Shown: in pieces, positions 55,511-64,000 of the stretch | How the letters are laid out: each line of letters starts with the position of its first letter | Position numbering within the stretch: the stretch's first letter is position 1 | IMG/VR virus record: IMGVR_UViG_3300043419_000665 | Span: 1-64,000 of that record | Origin: an uncultured virus (IMG/VR IMGVR_UViG_3300043419_000665) | Taxonomy: Duplodnaviria > Heunggongvirae > Uroviricota > Caudoviricetes | Direction: 5' to 3' (one strand) | Length of the DNA: 64,000 nucleotides | Position numbers and translations under genes: made by a program | The notes under the pieces: model-generated | Database searches by the model: none | Told to the model about the DNA's origin: nothing | Seen by the model: the letters and a program-made list of their open reading frames with translations, nothing else

Positions 55511-57664
55511 TTATGCTGACAAGTCTCCGAAGACTAACCATCCTGCTGAAGTCTTCATTGCTGTTACTACTGAGTTAGTTGTTCTAAAGTTACGTCCTGG
55601 TGTTCCAACAACTCCGTTTGTTGCTTCAAAACGTGCTCCAGTTCCTGACTCTTGATAGAAATCAATTGACTGTCCAGTTGAGTATCCTGATGCTGGAAGA
55701 GTAATTACTACTGCTCCAGTTAGTGGGATCAACTGATCTGCCCGACCTGTTGCAAGTGAGTGTGCACCTGCTGCGATTGCAGTTGGAATTGTTGTAATTG
55801 AAGGAACTCCAGCCTTTGTCTGTGTACCGTCTGAGAAGACGATTCCAGATGATGCTGTTACAGCACCTGAGAATGTTGGTGCATCTGCAACTGCAATTGT
55901 TGAACCAGACTTTGTAATGTTTGTACCAGCAGTTACTGCTTCAGAAGCGTTGAACTGTGCGTAGTTAACATTTGTAGTTCCGATTGTAATTGTTCCAGTT
56001 GTGCTCAAGATGTATCCCTTAGAGCCATTTGTTGATCCAGATGTTACGAATACGAAGTCACCTGTCGCCAATTCTCCTGAAGGATTGTTATCTGCATCTA
56101 CTGCACGAGTTACAACCCACTTTGCTGATGCTCCACCTACGTTAGTAATTGTGTAAATACCGTTTTGTGTTGCGTCTGTTTGTGCACGAAGAAGGATTCT
56201 GTTACCAACAGAAACTGATGCTCCGTCAATTGTTCCGATTGCGCCATTGGCAGATGCTGTAAGTGTTGCACCTACACCGTTTGTACCATTGTCGTAAACT
56301 CCAGCAAGATTTCCTGTTGATGCTGCAACTACTGGCTGATGGAAGTTAATTCCTGCTGCAAGTCCATCAACGTACTGCTTTGTTGCTGCATGAAGATCTG
56401 ATGTTGGGGCACCTGATAGTGTAAGTGCTCCTGTAAGTGTTCCGCCAGCAAGATTTAACTTAGCATTAAGTGCTGTTTGTGTAGCAGTTGAAACTGGCTT
56501 GTCTGCATCTGCTGTGTTGCTAACATTTGCAAGGCCAACCATTGACTTTGTGATACCTGAAACTGTTCCAGTAAATGTTGGATTTGCGAGAGGTGCCTTA
56601 AGGTCAAGTGCTGTTTGTGTTGCTGTAGAGACTGGCTTGTTGGCGTCAGATGTATTGTCTACATTTGCAAGACCAACTGAAGACTTTGTTAGTGCTGATA
56701 CTGCAGTTGTTACTGCTCCGTCAGCATATGTCTTTGTAGCAAGTGCTGCTGTGTCTGAAATTCCATGTACATTTGTTGTTACACTGTTATGGTTTGAAAC
56801 TGCTGTACCAATTGCTGATGTAGTTGCTGCTGTAGTAGCAAGAAGTGATGTGTCTGCAATGCCATGAACATTTGTTGTGTCATCGCTGTGTAGTGATATT
56901 GCTGATGCAAGTCCGCTCTGGACTACAAGTACTGAGGTATCTGCAATTCCGTGTACATTTGTTGTGTCCACATTATGATCGTTAAGTGCACTGGATGCTG
57001 CAGTTCCTGCTGCGGTAATTGCATCTGCTTCTGCAGTGTCTGCATAAGACTTTGTTGCGAGAAGTGCAGTATCAGCAATTCCGTGAATACCTGTTGTGTC
57101 AGAAGCGTGGTTTGCTAGATTGTCTGCTATTTCTGCTTTTGCTACTACAAGTGCTCCTGCAGCATTTGTTCCTACAAGGTTTACCTGAGATGTTACTGAT
57201 GACACAGTTGCAATTGTTGAATCAATATCAAATCTTTCTGCTTGAGCGTTCCAGTCAATACCAGTTCCTGCAAGGTCTACATATGCAGCCGTTGTATTGC
57301 CAAGAGCATCTTCAAGGTCTGAAACTGTAACAAGAACAGATGTGTCTGGGATACCGTGGACATCTGTTGTGTCTGCTGCGTGTGTTGATAAATTTGTTGC
57401 AATTGTTGTTAAAAATGCTGGATTGTCTCCCATTGCTTCAGCAAGTTCATTAAGAGTATTAAGTGCTGCTGGTGCTCCATCAATGATTGCTGCTAGTTCT
57501 GCTGCATTAGCAAAGTATGTTAGGGCAGACCATGTTGATGATCCGTTACCCATTTTAAACTTACTTGTGTCTGTTTCAAAACCGATTTCACCTGCTGCTA
57601 AAACTGGGTTTGCAGCCGTCCATTGCGCTGCTGTTCCTCTGCGCTGTTGCATTCTTGTTGCCAT
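55511..57664 (-). CDS. Tail fibre / appendage protein
   Basis: Mtd/hyaluronidase-type N-terminus QQRRGTAAQWTAANPVLAAGEIGFETDT; five H..DTT.VHGI.DT-like repeats; two VGLANV.NT.DA.KPVSTATQTAL repeats; RILLRAQTDATQNGIY domain. Confidence 0.8.
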   Translation of the reverse strand: MATRMQQRRGTAAQWTAANPVLAAGEIGFETDTSKFKMGNGSSTWSALTYFANAAELAAIIDGAPAALNTLNELAEAMGDNPAFLTTIATNLSTHAADTTDVHGIPDTSVLVTVSDLEDALGNTTAAYVDLAGTGIDWNAQAERFDIDSTIATVSSVTSQVNLVGTNAAGALVVAKAEIADNLANHASDTTGIHGIADTALLATKSYADTAEADAITAAGTAASSALNDHNVDTTNVHGIADTSVLVVQSGLASAISLHSDDTTNVHGIADTSLLATTAATTSAIGTAVSNHNSVTTNVHGISDTAALATKTYADGAVTTAVSALTKSSVGLANVDNTSDANKPVSTATQTALDLKAPLANPTFTGTVSGITKSMVGLANVSNTADADKPVSTATQTALNAKLNLAGGTLTGALTLSGAPTSDLHAATKQYVDGLAAGINFHQPVVAASTGNLAGVYDNGTNGVGATLTASANGAIGTIDGASVSVGNRILLRAQTDATQNGIYTITNVGGASAKWVVTRAVDADNNPSGELATGDFVFVTSGSTNGSKGYILSTTGTITIGTTNVNYAQFNASEAVTAGTNITKSGSTIAVADAPTFSGAVTASSGIVFSDGTQTKAGVPSITTIPTAIAAGAHSLATGRADQLIPLTGAVVITLPASGYSTGQSIDFYQESGTGARFEATNGVVGTPGRNFRTTNSVVTAMKTSAGWLVFGDLSA

Positions 57665-57723
57665 ATTTTTATTTCTCCTTTATGGGGGCTGCCCATTAAC
57701 TTATCTTATTATAACATCAATTT

Positions 57724-58173
57724 TTAATTGAAATTATCTACTACACTACCGCCATCGAATACAACTGTCCAAACTGTTGAGTCTGGTCCACCCGCATCCA
57801 AACCTACACCCAATGGGCTGTTGAATGATCCACCTTCATAGAACTGAGATACTATGAAACCAGTTCCATCAATTGCGGTATCGTGAATGTGCTGTGGAAG
57901 ATTGTTTGTATCATCAATAGTTGCTTGGGTATACCAAGAACCTTCGTAATAGAAATTAACTCTGTTTGTTAGAGTGTCTAACCACATTGTTCCATTAGTT
58001 GGTGAAGAAGGAGCAGTTGAGCCAACAGCCATTGATCGGTTATCGACATACTCCTTAGTTGCTGCATGGGCATTAAGAGTTGGTGCTCCTACTGTTACTG
58101 CATCTCCGAATGTACCGCCGTTTGCTACGACTAGCCCATTCTTGACCTTGAAGTCTTTATCGACTGTTGCCAT
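57724..58173 (-). CDS. Short fibre-associated protein
   Basis: MATVDKDFKVKNGL; HAATKEYVD; APSSPTNGTMWLDT. Confidence 0.65.
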   Translation of the reverse strand: MATVDKDFKVKNGLVVANGGTFGDAVTVGAPTLNAHAATKEYVDNRSMAVGSTAPSSPTNGTMWLDTLTNRVNFYYEGSWYTQATIDDTNNLPQHIHDTAIDGTGFIVSQFYEGGSFNSPLGVGLDAGGPDSTVWTVVFDGGSVVDNFN

Positions 58174-58208
58174 TTACTGCTCCCTCTTCCAACTATTTTT
58201 ATTTTTTA

Positions 58209-60011
58209 TTACGCAAGTAGTGTTCCGACAACAGTAACTGTTGAGTTATTGTTTGTGGTTGTTACTAGAAGTTGTACATTTGCACCGTCAACATTTGCTG
58301 AAACTGACATCGCTGTGCCATTTGTTCCAACAATTCCGTATTCGGTCATTGCAATGTTGTCTGAAGCGTCAAGTGTCAAAAGAACCTTTGAGATTTCAGT
58401 ATGTGATCCGTAAGCAACCTTTACAAGGAACTCTGCTGAACGGTAATCTGCCTTAGCAAATGCGTGTCCTACATGAGCACCTGCAGATGCTGCTGACATT
58501 GTTGAAGCAACCTGCTTAGCAACTGAGTTTACCTCAACTGCTGTGAAGTTTGGAACTACTGCTTCAAGAGCGTCTACTGCACGAGAATCTGTGAAGTAAA
58601 GGTTTGTTGTACCCTCAACAAGATCATCAGTATCAGAATCTGCCACACCGTTTTCTGCGGTAATAATAAGACCTGTAGTGCTGGTACCTGTGATTGCGAT
58701 ATTTGTTAGTGATGCATTGAGAAGAAGATTTGCTGCTGAAGCCTTTGCACGAGCATCTGTGTGGTAAAGGTTTGTTGCTCCCTCTTCAATATCATCTGTG
58801 TCAAGAAGATTAATCTGATCACCAATTGTTCCACCAACAGCGTCAATTGCTCGCTGATTTGTGAAGTAAAGGTTTGTGCCTTCTGCAATATCAGATGTTG
58901 TAAGTGCATCTGCGTATGCCTTAGCGTCTACCTCAGCCTGATCAGCATATGATTGGTATGCAGTTGTGATTGCTGTCTCACGGCCATCTGTGTAAGAGTT
59001 AGCCGATGTAACTGCGTCTGTTTCTGCTGTATCAACATATGCCTTTGTTGCTGCATGTAGGTTGCTTGTTGGTGCACCTGAAAGTGTCAAAGCACCTGTC
59101 ATTGTGTCGCCAGCCTTTGCTACCTTTTCTCCAACTGATGTTGAAAGAGTTGTTGCAAAGTTAGCATCGTCTCCGATTGCTGCTGCTAATTCATTAAGTG
59201 TGTTAAGAAGTGCTGGTGCTGAATCTACAAGGTTTGCAACCTGTGTATCAGCATATGCCTTAGCATCTGTCTCTGCTTGGTCAGCATATGCTTGGTAAGC
59301 AGTTGTAATTGCTCCTTCACGAGTGTCTGTGTAAGCCTTAGCATCTACCTCTGCTTGGTCAGCGTATGCCTCGTAAGCAGTCGTGATTGCTGTCTCTCTA
59401 CCATCTGTGTATAGGTTAGCATCTGTCTCTGCCTGATCTGCGTATGCACGAGTTGCAACTACATCTGATCCCCACTTGACATCTTTGCCAGTACCTGGTG
59501 TAAGAACAACGTCATCATTAAGTGACTTAAGAGCAAGGTCTCCGTAGTTAGCCTTAATTTCAAATTCGTGGCTTACTGGAATTACTGCAATCTGTCCTTC
59601 ATTTGCTATTGTTACACCATCTGTAAAGTATGTGGTGTCAATAAAACGCTTGTTTGAAAGATCCTGTGTGTCAGTTGTTCCTACTACTGAACCAGTTACT
59701 CCGTGTACTCCAGAAGTAAGTGCTTCGTGATCTGAAAGATCTCCTGCAACTGCTCCTGCTTCTGATGCTGCTGTTCCTGCTGCATCGTAGTAAGCATCTA
59801 CTACTGTACGATCAAGTGAAAGTTCTCCACCTGCTGAAACATCAAACTGGTTTGAAACTGACTTTACTAGTGTTTCTCCACCAATAAGGTCTAAAATAAA
59901 ATCTTGTGATGCTTGTGATTCTGTAAGAATTCTCTTATTGTTGATTGTACCTTGTAGGCCCTCAACGATAAGTCCACTCTTAATCTTAAAATCTTTATTT
60001 ACTGTTGCCAT
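58209..60011 (-). CDS. Long fibre/appendage protein
   Basis: MATVNKDFKIKSGL; AYADQAE.DAKAY coiled repeats; three T.D..EG.TNLY.T..RA repeats; C-terminal YRSAEFLVKV..EYG domain. Confidence 0.75.
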   Translation of the reverse strand: MATVNKDFKIKSGLIVEGLQGTINNKRILTESQASQDFILDLIGGETLVKSVSNQFDVSAGGELSLDRTVVDAYYDAAGTAASEAGAVAGDLSDHEALTSGVHGVTGSVVGTTDTQDLSNKRFIDTTYFTDGVTIANEGQIAVIPVSHEFEIKANYGDLALKSLNDDVVLTPGTGKDVKWGSDVVATRAYADQAETDANLYTDGRETAITTAYEAYADQAEVDAKAYTDTREGAITTAYQAYADQAETDAKAYADTQVANLVDSAPALLNTLNELAAAIGDDANFATTLSTSVGEKVAKAGDTMTGALTLSGAPTSNLHAATKAYVDTAETDAVTSANSYTDGRETAITTAYQSYADQAEVDAKAYADALTTSDIAEGTNLYFTNQRAIDAVGGTIGDQINLLDTDDIEEGATNLYHTDARAKASAANLLLNASLTNIAITGTSTTGLIITAENGVADSDTDDLVEGTTNLYFTDSRAVDALEAVVPNFTAVEVNSVAKQVASTMSAASAGAHVGHAFAKADYRSAEFLVKVAYGSHTEISKVLLTLDASDNIAMTEYGIVGTNGTAMSVSANVDGANVQLLVTTTNNNSTVTVVGTLLA

Positions 60012-60028
60012 TTTTTATATCTCCTTAG

Positions 60029-60475
60029 TTATGCCTTAAGTCCAATTCGTGCGAAACGAACTGTGACTGGCTTGATCGCAGGGTCTGGAGTGACTGTTAA
60101 AGCCACGGTATTTCCAGTGCGAGAGACATTAATGGTGCCAATATTCCCATCATTGTCAATTGTTCCGTATTCGCTGACATTTACATTTGTACCGTCAACG
60201 AGAATTGTTAGTTCGGTTGCATAGAACTTATTGTCCCCTGCAGAGGTCTTTGATATTGAAACAATATACTTAACCATACGCCAAACTGTAGCGTCAAAGT
60301 TATCAATAACAGTTACGTTCTCAATACCATTGATTGTGTTTTCATTATTACCTGCAGAGCCCAAGTCTGTTGCCTGTGCTGCTACGGTATCGATTAAATC
60401 TACATAATTTTCTTGAGTAGGTCTATCTCCAGTTTGGAATAGACTTTTAACTGATGGAATTGATACTTTAGCCAT
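60029..60475 (-). CDS. Virion protein paralogous to the C-terminal domain of the 600-aa fibre
   Basis: FQTGDRPTQENYVDLID; WRMVKYIV..SEYG; leaderless ATG 6 nt after TGATATAAT (60482-60490). Confidence 0.6.
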   Translation of the reverse strand: MAKVSIPSVKSLFQTGDRPTQENYVDLIDTVAAQATDLGSAGNNENTINGIENVTVIDNFDATVWRMVKYIVSISKTSAGDNKFYATELTILVDGTNVNVSEYGTIDNDGNIGTINVSRTGNTVALTVTPDPAIKPVTVRFARIGLKA

Positions 60476-60507
60476 GCGGTAATTATATCACCCTTTTAAT
60501 TATATAA

Positions 60508-60732
60508 TTAGAGAATATAGTTGCTGTAGCCAATAACCTGTAGTGGAATTGCTGGAGTATTGCCTAAACCAATAGCCACAATTTGAATGGCTGTAAACTT
60601 AACTCTAAAAGGCAAAACTTCAGTTATAACTGTTTTTCTTGTAAAGTCTTCTACTTGTACTATTGCATAATCTATTGGAAAGACTCGTTCTGTTTTGTTT
60701 TGTAGATCGTCAAGTATGATTGCTGTTGCCAT
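60508..60732 (-). CDS. Small hypothetical virion-cluster protein
   Basis: TAATG-coupled ORF. Confidence 0.55.
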   Translation of the reverse strand: MATAIILDDLQNKTERVFPIDYAIVQVEDFTRKTVITEVLPFRVKFTAIQIVAIGLGNTPAIPLQVIGYSNYIL

Positions 60733-61142
60733 TAATCTGTTACATCTTCAAGAATTCTCATGCTGCCCTGGGCAACTGTCCAAACTCTTGTTGGGTCTGA
60801 TACCTGAATATCAAAGATGTCTCCTGTTTGTAAGACATTAGATTCTTCTGCTGTAAGCCAAACTGTAAATTCTCCAACAAGGTCGTCTTCATCTGCAACT
60901 GGATGCAAAGCCATGATTGTTGTGGCATTGTCTGTAATAACTCCAGGAGTTGAGGTTGGTCTTTTAATCTTCATTGCAATATCCCATTCAGACCCCTCGC
61001 CTTTTAAAATCAAAGGCTGCTTAGCATCGTCTGTAACATAAACTTTAAATCCAGAAGTATCTCCACGAACAACAGTCCAAATAACTGTAGGAGGTTTATT
61101 TCCTATGTTATATAATGATTGAGATCCTCTTACATTTGCCAT
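60732..61142 (-). CDS. BppU-like Ig-fold fibre-attachment protein
   Basis: VVRGDT..VWLTAEES..IFDIQVS..TVAQGSM.I.EDVT; leaderless ATG 6 nt after TGATATAAT (61149-61157). Confidence 0.55.
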   Translation of the reverse strand: MANVRGSQSLYNIGNKPPTVIWTVVRGDTSGFKVYVTDDAKQPLILKGEGSEWDIAMKIKRPTSTPGVITDNATTIMALHPVADEDDLVGEFTVWLTAEESNVLQTGDIFDIQVSDPTRVWTVAQGSMRILEDVTD

Positions 61143-61154
61143 ATTGTTATTATA

Positions 61155-61673
61155 TCACGACAAACCGTCTCTGAGTGCTCCCCAGGTACCGTTTCCTTTT
61201 GCCTCTACAATCACTATGCCATTAAGATTGTTTGCATATGCACAAATTCCAACTGCTGCTGATCCTCCTGCTGGCCTAACATTTGTTAAGCCTCCAGACT
61301 GTCCAACATATAAAGTTTGACCTGCAACAAATCCTGAAGTATTTAAACCTTCCATAACTCCAGCAACAACAACTACACCATCAGACCCGTTTGTTGTAGT
61401 GTTTTTTATCAAACCCAGGATTGGAGAAGAAGTAGATGGAAGTGCTTTTGCTATTGTTGTTTTTGTTTCATATCCTGTTGCGTATACTGGTACACCAGCA
61501 TTTATAGTAGCACCGCTATTGTTTTTTACATTAATTTGAAAATATGATACTCCGTATGCTGGAAGTATTGCATCAAGGGATTCTGCTAGTTTTTTAAAGT
61601 CTCCGTGTACATTTACAGGGGAGTTTTCAAGGGGATATTTAACTCCCGTGGCAGAAAAATCATATGTAGTCAT
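61155..61673 (-). CDS. Virion protein with cement/fibre-like C-terminal domain
   Basis: KNNSGATINAGVPVY..GLNTSGFVAGQTLYVGQSGGLT; start refined to MTTYDF. Confidence 0.55.
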   Translation of the reverse strand: MTTYDFSATGVKYPLENSPVNVHGDFKKLAESLDAILPAYGVSYFQINVKNNSGATINAGVPVYATGYETKTTIAKALPSTSSPILGLIKNTTTNGSDGVVVVAGVMEGLNTSGFVAGQTLYVGQSGGLTNVRPAGGSAAVGICAYANNLNGIVIVEAKGNGTWGALRDGLS

Positions 61674-61697
61674 AATAAAATAATTATACACCCAGAT

Positions 61698-61727
61698 TTG
61701 ACTTTTGACTCAAAATTATGTTATACT
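61698..61727 (+). promoter_or_regulatory. Near-consensus housekeeping-sigma promoter
   Basis: TTGACT-N18-TATACT with TG extension, divergent from a minus-strand TATAAT at 61683-61688. Confidence 0.7.
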
Positions 61728-61775
61728 TGTCAGTAGACACCTACCAGGGTGTTATTGTTTTCTAAGGAGGAAACT

Positions 61776-62339
61776 ATGATTAAATTTATCGAAAGAAACA
61801 AAGAGATCATTAGCACACTCAGTATCGTGGCACTTGTCAGTGTATTTTCTAATGCTGCTAATGCTACACCAGAACTAAGCACTAAAAATAACCTTAGCCT
61901 TGAACAGGCTCAGACATCGGACACAACCTCGAAAGAGGTTTTTTTGGTTTCTAAGGAAAAAATGTTGGAGAGTTTTGCAAACAAGACATCTCTTACTGAT
62001 TTAGAACTAAAGAAGATGCTATCCCTAGTTGGCTTTAAGGGTCAAAACCTTGTTGAGGCTTGGGCTGTAGCAAAGAAAGAGTCTAATGGTCGACCATTGG
62101 CTTTTAACGGAAATGAAAGCACTGGAGACTCCTCATACGGAATTTTCCAGATCAATATGATTGACTCGCTTGGTCCTGATCGTAGAAACAAGTTTGAGTT
62201 ATCTTCAAATGCCGAACTTTTTAATCCAGTTCTTAATGCACAGATTGCACATCATATGACTGACGGTGGAGAAAACTGGACTGCCTGGAAAGGCATGACT
62301 CCAAGAACTAAGTCTTGGATGTCTAAGTTTCCTAAGTAA
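61776..62339 (+). CDS. Secreted lysozyme-like lytic transglycosylase
   Basis: AAGGAGG RBS; signal ..SIVALVSVFSNAANA; AWAVAKKESNG (catalytic Glu), SYGIFQIN, LFNPVLNAQIA, GGENWTAW. Confidence 0.85.
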   Translation: MIKFIERNKEIISTLSIVALVSVFSNAANATPELSTKNNLSLEQAQTSDTTSKEVFLVSKEKMLESFANKTSLTDLELKKMLSLVGFKGQNLVEAWAVAKKESNGRPLAFNGNESTGDSSYGIFQINMIDSLGPDRRNKFELSSNAELFNPVLNAQIAHHMTDGGENWTAWKGMTPRTKSWMSKFPK

Positions 62340-62351
62340 ATTAAAGACTAT

Positions 62352-62381
62352 AAAAAGCCACCTGTTATAGGGTGGCTTTTT
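62352..62381. terminator. Bidirectional terminator between convergent genes
   Basis: AAAAAGCCACC-TGTTATAG-GGTGGCTTTTT. Confidence 0.85.
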
Positions 62382-63325
62382 TAGTTTTTATATATTGGCT
62401 TTAAATAATCTTTTGATTCAAAATCAAGGTTCATTTCTTTTTGTAAAGCCCTATATTCCTCAACATGATTTTGTAATCCGTAAACCCCAAGATCTTTTAA
62501 ATGAAACAAACTGTTCAGTCTAAGCCTTGCAGATTTGTCCCTTAAATGCCAAGTTGTGTTGTCTTGCCAATGGAATCCGCCTCTTTTGCCATTATCTCTA
62601 TCATAGTTTGTGTATATTGCATTTATTGCTGGTGCAACTAAATTAACACCTTGGACAGATAAACGAATCCCAAGACTTATCTCTTCTCCAAGAAAATATA
62701 AATATGGATCATAGGGTGCTTTCATAAACGACTTTACTGATCCAAAAGCAAAGTTTGCAGCAAAACCATAAACTTTATCTCCATACTCAAGATCCTCTAT
62801 GTCATTCCATCTTAAAAGATAAACGAATTCTTCTTCATCCCACACAGCATCTACCTTATGCATAGATTCATTTTCTGTATTAATAATATCTTTTGAGTTT
62901 CCGTTTTCATCCCACTCTTTTGTAAATCCATGTGGATATTTTGTAAATATGTAGTCTGTACCCCACTTTACAGAGCATTTAACATATTCTAAAATTAACA
63001 TTTCATCCCAATCCTGTTTTGCTCTTGAGTGAGAGTCTGTGTGAAGAAAGTATTTATATTTTTCTGATAAAAGAGAGTTTGCTAGGTGTCTTCCAGAGCA
63101 TGCTCCGTCTGCTAATCTATAATCAATTTGCTGATAAGAAATTTGTTCAGATGGAATAAAAGAAAAATCAAAGTCTATTTCTTCTCCCTCGTGTGAAACT
63201 AAAGAAAAAAATAGCCTATCTTTATGTTTTGCTTTTTCATAAAAACTTTTAACTGTATTTATTAAATCTGGATCTCTATATCCAGCAAGGCTTACAAAAA
63301 TTTTATCCATATCATTATCATCCAT
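62381..63325 (-). CDS. GT60-like polypeptide/hydroxyproline N-acetylglucosaminyltransferase
   Basis: IFVSLAGYRDP, GACSGR, YFLHTDSHSR..WD, PYDPYLYFLGEE match my recollection of the Dictyostelium Gnt1 (Pfam GlcNAc) family motifs. Confidence 0.8.
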   Translation of the reverse strand: MDDNDMDKIFVSLAGYRDPDLINTVKSFYEKAKHKDRLFFSLVSHEGEEIDFDFSFIPSEQISYQQIDYRLADGACSGRHLANSLLSEKYKYFLHTDSHSRAKQDWDEMLILEYVKCSVKWGTDYIFTKYPHGFTKEWDENGNSKDIINTENESMHKVDAVWDEEEFVYLLRWNDIEDLEYGDKVYGFAANFAFGSVKSFMKAPYDPYLYFLGEEISLGIRLSVQGVNLVAPAINAIYTNYDRDNGKRGGFHWQDNTTWHLRDKSARLRLNSLFHLKDLGVYGLQNHVEEYRALQKEMNLDFESKDYLKPIYKN

Positions 63326-63327
63326 TT

Positions 63328-63933
63328 CTATTTCATCCAACTAACTACTGCATACCTTGTTCCATCCACAACCTCAGATACTGAATGATTATAAACATAA
63401 GTTGATGGAAATATAATCATTTGATTGGCTTTTGGTTTAAAAGTTATATCAAAGCGAGGAAAATTAATTTCTCCTCCTGTATAGTTATCATTTAAATAGT
63501 AAACTGTAGACATCCTCCTGTGATAAGATGGATGATCGTCAATATGGTTTAAAAAGTGCTGACCTTTTCCATATTTTAGAATACCGTACATGTCGTGCCA
63601 CTCATGGACTACACCAAAAGAACTTTCATAATCTTTTTCAAGTGGGTCAAAATGTTGAAAAAATATATTGTTTAAATTTGTAAAAAATGCATCAGAAAAA
63701 TTTGTTGCTTCTAATTCTACAACTCCACCAAGATACTGAACTCCAACAGTCTGTGTATCTCTTATTTTAGGATTTTTCATTGAATCTTCACCTACCCCTG
63801 ATTTTACCCTAGCCTCGTTCCAACTCAGTCCCGCTGAAGCCAAACCTTCTTCTATATCGTTATACAAGTTTTTACTGTCAGGAATAACATCGCTATATAC
63901 AATTATTCCTGGGGCAATCTCTTCTTTTATCAT
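63328..63933 (-). CDS. Prolyl-4-hydroxylase-like 2OG-Fe(II) oxygenase
   Basis: ILKY..GQHF..HID, STVYYLND.YTGGEINFP, IIFPS..Y.HSV..V..GTRYAVVSW. Confidence 0.85.
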   Translation of the reverse strand: MIKEEIAPGIIVYSDVIPDSKNLYNDIEEGLASAGLSWNEARVKSGVGEDSMKNPKIRDTQTVGVQYLGGVVELEATNFSDAFFTNLNNIFFQHFDPLEKDYESSFGVVHEWHDMYGILKYGKGQHFLNHIDDHPSYHRRMSTVYYLNDNYTGGEINFPRFDITFKPKANQMIIFPSTYVYNHSVSEVVDGTRYAVVSWMK

Positions 63934-63934
63934 T

Positions 63935-64000
63935 TTACCATTTTCCTAAAGGACATGTTGCCTTTTGTAGTTTAGTTTTTGCAGACATAAAGCAACCACA
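63935..64000 (-). CDS. C-terminal end of a small Cys-rich protein (DUF6171-like), partial
   Basis: Hand-translated CGCFMSAKTKLQKATCPLGKW*. Confidence 0.65.
   Translation of the reverse strand, partial: CGCFMSAKTKLQKATCPLGKW

Noticed and set aside
55511..57664. Mtd-like N-terminus suggesting a diversity-generating retroelement
   Set aside because: No reverse transcriptase, no adenine-variant TR/VR pair and no C-type lectin tip seen in the window.
57681..57696. ATGGG-CAGCC-CCCAT hairpin beside the RBS of the 717-aa fibre gene as a riboregulator
   Set aside because: Only a 5-bp stem that does not cover the AAGGAG; too weak to call without conservation data.
1..64000. Stop-codon reassignment, tRNA or structured ncRNA genes
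   Set aside because: Standard code already gives near-complete coding density with TAA, TAG and TGA all used as stops; intergenic gaps are short and show no cloverleaf. tRNAscan-SE/Infernal were not run.

Overview
A 64-kb, AT-rich, densely coding segment of a large tailed dsDNA phage (long non-contractile tail type: no sheath gene, giant tape measure). Nearly every real gene is on the minus strand; the only plus-strand gene is a secreted lysozyme-like transglycosylase. In transcription order (right to left) the window holds: a prolyl-hydroxylase-like 2OG oxygenase and a GT60-like glycosyltransferase; a fibre/appendage cluster ending in an Fn3-(Gly-Ala-Phe repeat)-Hint protein; class II ribonucleotide reductase; portal, protease/scaffold, major capsid, head-tail and major tail genes; two paralogous tail chaperones; a 3957-aa tape measure with kinase-like and ADP-ribosyltransferase-like inserts; tail-tip genes; a DnaB/primase/SSB/DnaE/RecA replication block; nucleases; terminase (about 40 kb from the portal); and two signal-peptide-bearing surface-type proteins. 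Gene content and the many leaderless extended -10 promoters suggest an actinobacterial host, possibly freshwater acI-like (inference). Best candidates for an undescribed system: (1) a polyvalent, effector-carrying tape measure punctuated by repeated [FY]AxGG...VPAMLxPGE modules; (2) a self-cleaving Hint-domain fibre with an aromatic repeat; (3) a phage-encoded hydroxyproline-GlcNAc protein glycosylation pair. All product calls come from motif reading by eye, not database searches.
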